This document shows, one piece after another, positions 56,175-64,000 of a stretch of DNA of 64,000 nucleotides. Source of the DNA: Callorhinchus milii (taxonomy: Eukaryota); contig NW_024704758.1 in the NCBI RefSeq assembly GCF_018977255.1, forward strand, positions 15,500,001 through 15,564,000, read 5' to 3'. Numbering within the stretch: the first letter of the stretch is position 1; every line of letters starts with the position of its first letter. The notes beneath the pieces are model-generated. The model saw nothing but the letters and a program-made list of their open reading frames with translations. It was not told the DNA's origin and did no database searches. Made by a program: the position numbers and the translations under genes.

Positions 56175-56491
56175 AGTAATAATAATAATCGTTGCATTTG
56201 ATATAGCGCTTTTCACGTCGGGAGGACGTCCCAAAGCGCTTCACAGAAAACACTGTAAAGTGAATTGACTGTATATTTGTGGGCGAACGCGGCAGCAAAT
56301 TGCGCACAGCAATTTCCCACAAACAGTCGTAGATTGAAAATGACCAATTTATTATTGTTTTTGGTTTTGGAGGGATTATTATTAGGTGTGTGGAGTAAGG
56401 AAACTTGCCCAAGATTTCGACCTGCCTGGAATTGAACTCAGGTCACTCGCTTGCAAAGCGAGTGCTTTAACCACTGAGCTACAGGACTCCA
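56175..56491 (-). mobile_element. Full-length SINE within a cluster of SINE/L2 tails (55940-56670)
   Basis: Near-identical to the 20327 copy. Confidence 0.92.
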
Positions 56492-59400
56492 GAGATGTTT
56501 GAACAACATGACAAGGCACTAAATTAAAAATAATACAGCACCCTATCACGTTGTTGAGATGTTTCAAAACGCTTCACAGAGTATATTGTAAAGTAAATTG
56601 ACTGTATGTTGTGGGCGAAAAGCGCCAGCCATTTGTGCACAGCCATGTCACATAACAGTCTTGGATTAAATGACCCAATTAAATGAGCACCTTTCAAGTT
56701 GGATGAAAATCTCAGAGCACTTCATAGAGAGAAGAAGTGCTAATGGAGTGGAGAATTTAAGCCTGGTGACAAAATGGTCGAAAAGAGAGTGTTCATGAGG
56801 GTGTTGAAGTTGAGAGAGGCCTGAGGCGAGGGAATTTGGGAAGGAAGGAGAGGGGAATAGTGACGTAAGGCAGCAACACTGATTATTGGGACAGAGGAAA
56901 TGAGGAACAAGCGATGGACCAGAATTGTTGCAATGATCTGTTTTAACGCTCTTGCTTGAACTCATTCCATCGAATGTAGGTGGATGTGATGAGACTCTCT
57001 TGCTTTCGAAGCTGTCGGACATCAGTCTCAGATACTGATTTTAAAAAAAAGATGGTTCTGAAATATTTCGCACACAGTTTGCCTCGAGCTTCAGAGCAAA
57101 TAGAGAGATAGGAAAGTGTTTGTGAGATCTGTGCTGACAGCAACAACAAAATTACATTTGTATAGCGCCTTTCATGAGGCTTGTTCTGACCATTGTTGAC
57201 GAATTATGAAAATCGGATTGAAATTTGTATCAAGGAGAGTGGTGGGGGAGGGGGGTATGTTAGTTTATTACAGCTGCTTTTGTTTCTGTGTTTATAATGA
57301 CGATAATAATAATCCTTGCATTTTAGCACAGCACCTTTAATGTCAGGAGGACATCTCGAAGCATTTCACATCTACTGTGAAGTTAATAACAGTGATAAAT
57401 AGCAATTATTAATAATAATCCTTGCATTTGTTATGGAGTCTTATCATGTCATCAAGACATCTTAAAGCGCTTTACAGGATATTACTGTCAACTGTAGTGA
57501 CTGTATTTTGTAGGCAAGCATAGCAGCCAATGGAGCAGTCTCAGGGGTGCGAGGCTAAGGGTTAAATGGAAATTAGCCGTCCTTCTGTTTCTTGTGATAA
57601 TCTGGGGGTGCAAAGCCTCTGAGTGTTGCTGGAGGTAGGATGTGATTTTGTCTATCTGCTATATTGCAGACCCTGTCCATTTATCCTCTCGTGCAGTCAT
57701 TATTAACTGCTGTGGAGAGAGTGGCTTTCTGGTGCTTTGTGAAATAGTGGCCTTTATTCGGACACTTGCTGTCAAATATTAATGTTTTCTTTTGGCCCAT
57801 TGTACAAGCTACTCTAATAATAGCTGGTTCCGTGAGAGCACATTGACTCCAGGCATTGATAGCTTTCATTTACTTCAATGGGATCTAGTTCCTGATATAA
57901 GTGCCATCTATACCTTCCTTAAGGAAGAGACCTTCTTTGCTAACAGCTGCTGGACTGACAATGACAAAAACAACTGTTATATAGTGTTGTGCCTTGCGTG
58001 CAGTTGGCAAAGCTCCCCAGGCTATCAGTTGTCAGCTTGGTTCAGTTGGTAGTTCCAACTAGTAGCTCTTGCCTGTGACTCAGAAGGTTGTTGGGGGCAA
58101 TCTGTGCTCACACAGTCTAGGCTAACGCTCCAGTCCAGAGCAGCGGGGTGGGACACTGTATTGCTGTGGGTCCCGTCTCCACTTAGCATTGAGTATTGTA
58201 CACACAATCCTCGTTAGCAGTTCAGAAATAATTAGTTTTACACTGGCTTTTGTAATTGAAACCAACGGGGGTTCAGAAGATGGCTCGCTATTTATAATAA
58301 ACCTGGGAACATAAATACAATTATATCTTTTAAAAACAAATTGAGATGTCAACCTGTCACCAAAATAATTCGTCCAGATTGTCACATGTTAAAACTCTTC
58401 CCACTACCTTGAGAAGCTTTTTAATTGTCCCAGTCTTAATCTGACCAAACAAACTCTCAATATTTTACTTTGGCTTTCAGCACCATGGTCAGCTCCAATG
58501 CAAAGAGCATTGAATTTGGTTGAATGGTCAGAGAGAAGCTTCCCAGCACAGAAAGATTCCATTCATTCATCACCATCATATCTGCACTCATTCTAGTCCT
58601 GCCCCCACACTGGACACAAGGAACTATCTACTCCAAATTCCATTCCCCTGCTCCCATCCCAGAGGGTAGTTGACGACTGGAACAGGGTTGCCAGGAAGAA
58701 TGTTTGAAGCCAATACACTGGGACTTATTTAATGGTAATGGGTGTACTGGAGAGATGAGATTGGAATGAGGCAAAGGGCCTTCTTCATCCAATCCAATCT
58801 TGGGATTTGGTGAATTCATTTCCATCCCCTAGGACAGGGCCAGAGATCCTGCTCCTGGTTGCTGTCCATTAACTACTGGATTGTTGGTGGATGTGAACGT
58901 CAGGTGAGGGTTGGCTTGAATTTTCTCCCCCCCACTCCATACCCACTCCCACCCCTGGATTAATACTTACCATTTTCACTGAGAATCTCACATGAATGTT
59001 GTCCCCTGGGGTGAGGTAGTTCCCCCCTCCCCCCTGTGTCTGTGCTCTTGGGTTTAGGAAAGAAGAAAAGGAAAATAATTTGAGAAATGAAATGAAAGAT
59101 CCATTATCAAGGGGCGCTGAGGATTCAGTTTATTAGTTTTGCTCCCATGGTTCTCTCTTTGAAGTCTTACAACATCAGAAATGCGGGAAAAAAACATCGA
59201 TGTAAACTGTTAAGGAATAAAAAAAGTTTGCAACACCCAATTATCGAGATTACATTATAAGGCTCGTTACATCCTTGTTTGCATGTTCAGTTCGCAAGAA
59301 CGTAAAATGATTCTAGAATTTAGTTCCAAGGAGAGGTTGTGAGCCACTTGTTTTTTCCTAATGCCTGAGTTTGTAAAGGCAGTCAGTCTCCTGTTTGGAA

Positions 59401-59969
59401 TTGAACTTTGCTGGACAGCACATATAACTGGTTACATTTTGGCTTATATATGAGCACAGCTAGGGCAGCCTCGGTAGGTGCTGAACTGGATAGGGGAATA
59501 AGTGACTTGTGGCCTCGTCTGCCTGATCATGCGGATCTTAAATATTCCACAAAAGGTTAGGCTTGAAAGAGAAGAGTGTGTCTCTCGGTAGGTGTCCCAG
59601 CCAACAATCTCCTGAGTGCAAAATTGGTCATTCGCTTCCACATGGAAGTCAGACGTCGGAGCGAAGTGCAGGCTGGAGAGCAAATCCTTTTGTTGCTTCC
59701 TCTAAATTTACCCTCCCACTCGCCTCCCCTCACATCCTCCCTCCAAACGCTGTAATTTATTCCACCGAAAGATCAGGCTGATGCTCCACGACCAACATTG
59801 GCTCTAGGTTTCGTCTTCCAGTTGATAGGAGACTAATACCCAGAGTAGGACTGTAACTAGAGACACTTGCAATGTAAAAGCATCTGTGATCAATTTTCTA
59901 TGAGCTCCCCTCTTCCAAACATAACGAGAGGCTTGAGCCAACCCAATAATCGCCTCCTGAACACTTTGG

Positions 59970-60468
59970 CATTTTGTCAGATGTATTGTCAGATGAGCTC
60001 ACGTTGCCCTTAAGGGAACATGAGAAAGAGCAGGGCAGAGAAGCGCAGACAATGACAACAAATGTCAAATAGCTTTGATTCATCAATTCTCCACACAAGA
60101 GCAGCTGATACTGTGCTCTCGACTTGAAGCACTTGCATGGGTGGGGGTTGCTGTCCCAGGCATAAAGCACATCAGTGTTCAATCAGCATTGCTGAGCTGG
60201 TGCAGTCAGTGCTGCTTTGTGTTAACATCTGCGACCCATATTAAATGGTACAAGACTTGATACTGATGATGATAATAATAGCAATAATCGTTGCACTTAA
60301 TATAGAGTCTTATCACATTGTTGAATGTCTTGAAGCACTTCACTGGATTTCCTCTATTTTGTAGACAGCTGATTTTTGCATACAGCAATGCGTACAGCCA
60401 TGAAGTGACCAAATTAACAAACCTTTAAGGGCAACGTGAGCTCATCTGACAATATGTCTGACAAAATG
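59970..60468. repeat. 44-bp inverted repeat pair (59970-60013 and 60425-60468)
   Basis: 42 of 44 positions are Watson-Crick complementary, aligned by hand. Confidence 0.92.
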
Positions 60469-60539
60469 GAGATTGCAGGCTCGGACTTCGGGAGAAACTC
60501 CCATCTCTTTTCGAATAGCTCTGTGGGATCTTTGACGTC

Positions 60540-60922
60540 AACAACAACAAAATGACATTTATAGAGCGCCTTTCACATCAGGAGGATGTCTCAAAGCGCT
60601 GAACAGTCAGATGTCGGGGCATGAGCATGGTGGAGGGGTGGTGTAGGGGTGAGGGAAGGCAGAGAGGTGGGAGGGAGACCAAAGGCATGATCGAAGAGAA
60701 GGGTCTTGAGACCAGCCTTGAAGGAGGCAAGGGAGGAAGCGAGGCGAAGGGACCATGGGATGGAGTTCCAGAGTGTGGGGGTAGAGAGGCTGAAAGCCCA
60801 GCCACCGATGGTAGGGCGGGTCGGGCGGGAGACATGGAGCAGGCTGGAGCCTGATGAGCGGAGGGAGCGGGCAAGGTGGGAGGGAGTCAGCAGGTCAGAG
60901 AGGTAGGAGGGGGCAAGGCCTT
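60540..60922 (-). mobile_element. L2 LINE 3' fragment nested in an older SINE
   Basis: GLAPSYLSDLL..RSLRSSG..LWNSIP..FKAGLKTLLF; SINE core continues on both sides. Confidence 0.9.
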
Positions 60923-62004
60923 GGATGTCCACCTGAACAGGCACAGACAGGACCTTAATTAGTCAGATAAATTAGTCTCAATCAGATTCGATTCCAGGGG
61001 TTGCAAAGACTGAACAGGTACAGAGGAGTCTTTGCTTATGCAGCCAATTGCTGGATGTCTGCAGCTTTTGCCTGCATTCTGAGCTTTGGGTTTCCTGCTA
61101 TAAAGTGCAGTGACTGTCATTTGTCAGCAATGTTCCTGGGGGGCATTGACATGGAAGAAACTCCCTTCTCGCCGCAACATCTTTAATGTCTGCCCAAACA
61201 GGCATAGACGGGACCTTGGTTTAACGTCTTACCTGAAGGACAGCGCCTCCAACAATGCAATGTAAACCCCCCCAGCAGTAGGGGTGCAGTTTGGGAAAGA
61301 CCAAGAAAACCAAGTTCAGAATGTAGGCAAAAGCTGTGCCTGATTTTAGGAGTGACACTTGCCTGTTTAGTGACACAGGACACGGTTAGATATTGAGACA
61401 AGACAGTTGTGATGGTCCTTTCTAGTGATGTATGTGCTCCTATGTTACAGGTTTCTGATATGATATGATCTGTTACCCAATCACTTGATCCATTAGCCCA
61501 GTCATTGCCGCAACTGAGATATTGTCAGGGAATGTGACTCCCACATACTTTGCAAAGGATTGAAATATTAACTCCAAAAATCCTAAAAGATTCTTCAGGG
61601 GGTATGGGAATAGGGTAGGGCAGTGGGATCGAATGACCAGCTTGCTTTGAGAGCTAGTGCAGATTCGATCGGCTGAATGGCCTCCTTCTATGCTATAGAT
61701 TTCTATGATTCTAAGTAACTAACATCTTATTTGCATTCAGGCCAATAGTTAAGAAGCCAGTTCCTTGTTTGATACTTAACATATCCGGACGTCATCACAG
61801 ACTCAGAGAAACAGATGACTAAGAGGTGCTTTGTGCTGAATTGACCAAGCCTTTCGTAAATTGTTTTAATCCCACTTAATGGTAGAAGTCAGGGGGAAAG
61901 GCTTTTAGATCAGGATTGGAATCTGAAAATCACTTCTAATTATTTGAGACATCCCCAACGTGAAAGGCGCCATATAAATGTAATCTTGTTGTTGTACTGA
62001 CAAC

Positions 62005-62996
62005 TTGGTGACATCACCCACAGACATGGGGTCATCTTCCACATGTATGCAGATGACACCCAACTCTATCCCTCTGCCTCCACCCTCGATTCCAGGACAA
62101 CTGACTTCCTTGACAGACCGTCTGTCAGACATCAAGAGCCAACTTTCTACAGCTGAATGTCAAAAAGACCAAGGCTCTCCTGATTGGCTCACGCCAGCAC
62201 CTCCACACTTCAGGCACTGGCAGCATCAGCATCCACGGATGCACGCTCTACCTCACCAAGCCAGTCAGGAACCTGAACATTTTGTGCGACCCTCAACTGC
62301 CTTTTCTCCCTCATATCGGTGTCATGACCCGCTCTGCCTTCACCCACCTCCGCAATATCGCTCGGCTCTGCCACCCTCACCCCTTAGGCCGCCAAAACCC
62401 TCATACCTGCATTTGTCATCTCAAGGCTCGACTACGGAAACTACCTCTTTATCGGCCTCCCCAACTCTTCCCTCCACAAGCTGCAGATCATCCATAACTC
62501 TGTAGCTTGTGTCCTCTCCCACACTAGGCTCCGTGATCTGATCACCCCCACCTTCGCCTGGCTCCACATTCCCCAGAGGTTAGAATTCAAATTCCTCCTC
62601 CTCACTTTTAAGGCCCTCCACGTCCTTGCCCCCTCCTACCTCTCTGATCTGCTAAACCTGTCCACGCTCTCCGCTCAGCAGGCTCCGGACTGCTCCAGGT
62701 CTCCTGCCCGACCCGCCCTGCCATCGGTGGCTGGGCTTTCAGCCTCTCTGCCCCCACCCTTTGGAACTCCATTCCACAATCTCTTCGCCTCGCTCCCTCT
62801 CTTGCCTCCTTTACAAGGCATGACTCAAGACCCTCCTTTTTAAACGTGTCTTCAGCCGCCCTCCTAATTCTCTGCCCTCCCTCATCCCAACCCTGCCCAC
62901 ACCCCACGCTCGGGTCCTGATCCCTGACTGTTCAGCGCCTTGGGACGTCCTCCCGACGTGAAAAGTCTTTACAAATATAATTTTGTGTTGTTGTTG
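62005..62996 (+). mobile_element. 5'-truncated L2 LINE including RT YADD motif
   Basis: CACATGTATGCAGATGACACCCAACTCTAT = HMYADDTQLY near 62040; L2 tail at 62920-62996. Confidence 0.92.
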
Positions 62997-64000
62997 ATAT
63001 CTTCTGTTACTTGGTTTTTATTTAAAAATATCCTCAATGCTATCCCAGTTGATTTGTCGTTTCATATTACTCTGGTCTCCTCCGGCTTCCCACACATTAA
63101 AACATTCAGCTGTTCTCATTCCAAATTGCTTTCAGGCTGTAAGCTATTCTATTCTATGAAAACGTGACAGGAATGGCATCGTTTGCAGCTTGCTGATATT
63201 TATCCTAAGTGCTTTCTATAAACTTACTAGCATGGCTCTCTCGTGCCCCCTGCCAGAAATTTGGCTTTAGTGCTGAGACTCTAGTTCTTGTTTTGGGGGT
63301 TTGAGGAGGGGGGCAGTGGGCAATATGTTTTGCTTTCCTCATTCCGCCCCATAGGAGACAGAACAACAACAATAAAATGGATTTATATGGCACCCTTCAC
63401 GTAGGATAGCATCTCAAAGCCGTGTGTCATGTGAAGTACTTTGAGCATTTTGCCCACAAAATACGCAATCAATTCACGTTACAATGTGTTCTGTGAAGAG
63501 CTTTGAGACGTCTCAGAGGCCAGAGGTGATTACTCCACAAACACTGGCATGTGAACAGAAAGCTTCCTGGATCCTAATACATTCTTCGCTCAGCTCATGA
63601 ACAGAAAGCATGTCATTCATTGCTCAAATCTCTCCTCAAAAAGGTGCCAACTCGCCCTGAGAGGAGGGGGGAGGTCTGGTGAAGGGGGGAGGGGTGGAGT
63701 GAGGGGGGGTTAGGGGAGTGGGGTGTGGGAGGGGGGGTTAGGGGAGTGGGGTGTGGGAGGGGGAGTGGTGCAGGCAGGGACTGAATACAGCCTTGCTGTG
63801 ATATAAACAATGTTAGCTACAACAGTATGGCAGAAACAGAGAGAGATCAGGATTTAGAATGGGGATTAAGCAGAGCATGTGATCTGTGGAGCCTAGTGAT
63901 ATGGATGAGAAATGCAGGACTGCAGTAGATGGGTTTAGAATCTGCCCAGTGGTTTTCGGGCACTTAGGTAGTTGCTGTTACCAAATAGCCTCTTGCCTAG

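Noticed and set aside
60010-60428. TTAA-flanked segment as a piggyBac/Kolobok element
   Set aside because: The inner ends are not inverted repeats of each other; the inverted arms lie outside the TTAA sites
45000-64000. Further GALNT18 exons
   Set aside because: No segment translating to the expected stem/catalytic sequence was found; treated as intron 1, although a short diverged exon could have been missed

Overview
Vertebrate genomic DNA, inferred to be from a cartilaginous fish (possibly a chimaera) from its repeats: tRNA-derived Deu-domain SINEs, L2 and CR1 LINEs, and an HE1/HER1-like tail. Three loci can be read by hand. (1) USP47 on the minus strand: coding exons 1-18 from 31683 to the left edge, all GT-AG and phase-consistent, with a CpG-rich promoter near 32.1 kb. 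(2) A compact PYURF(PREY)-PIGY bicistronic unit on the minus strand (37617-36425). (3) GALNT18 coding exon 1 on the plus strand (44428-44680), with intron 1 running past the right edge. The most notable observations are: PYURF-PIGY sits between USP47 and GALNT18; its intercistronic spacer holds a mini-ORF whose stop abuts the PIGY ATG, plus an AATAAA; minisatellites bracket the first exons; a 30-bp GC-box VNTR and a strong uORF lie in the USP47 leader; a SINE/L2 pair shares a 3' stem-loop; and there is a 44-bp inverted duplication near 60 kb. Gene names come from recalled protein similarity, not database searches. Repeat boundaries are approximate. There are two N gaps (43771-43971, 44697-44998).
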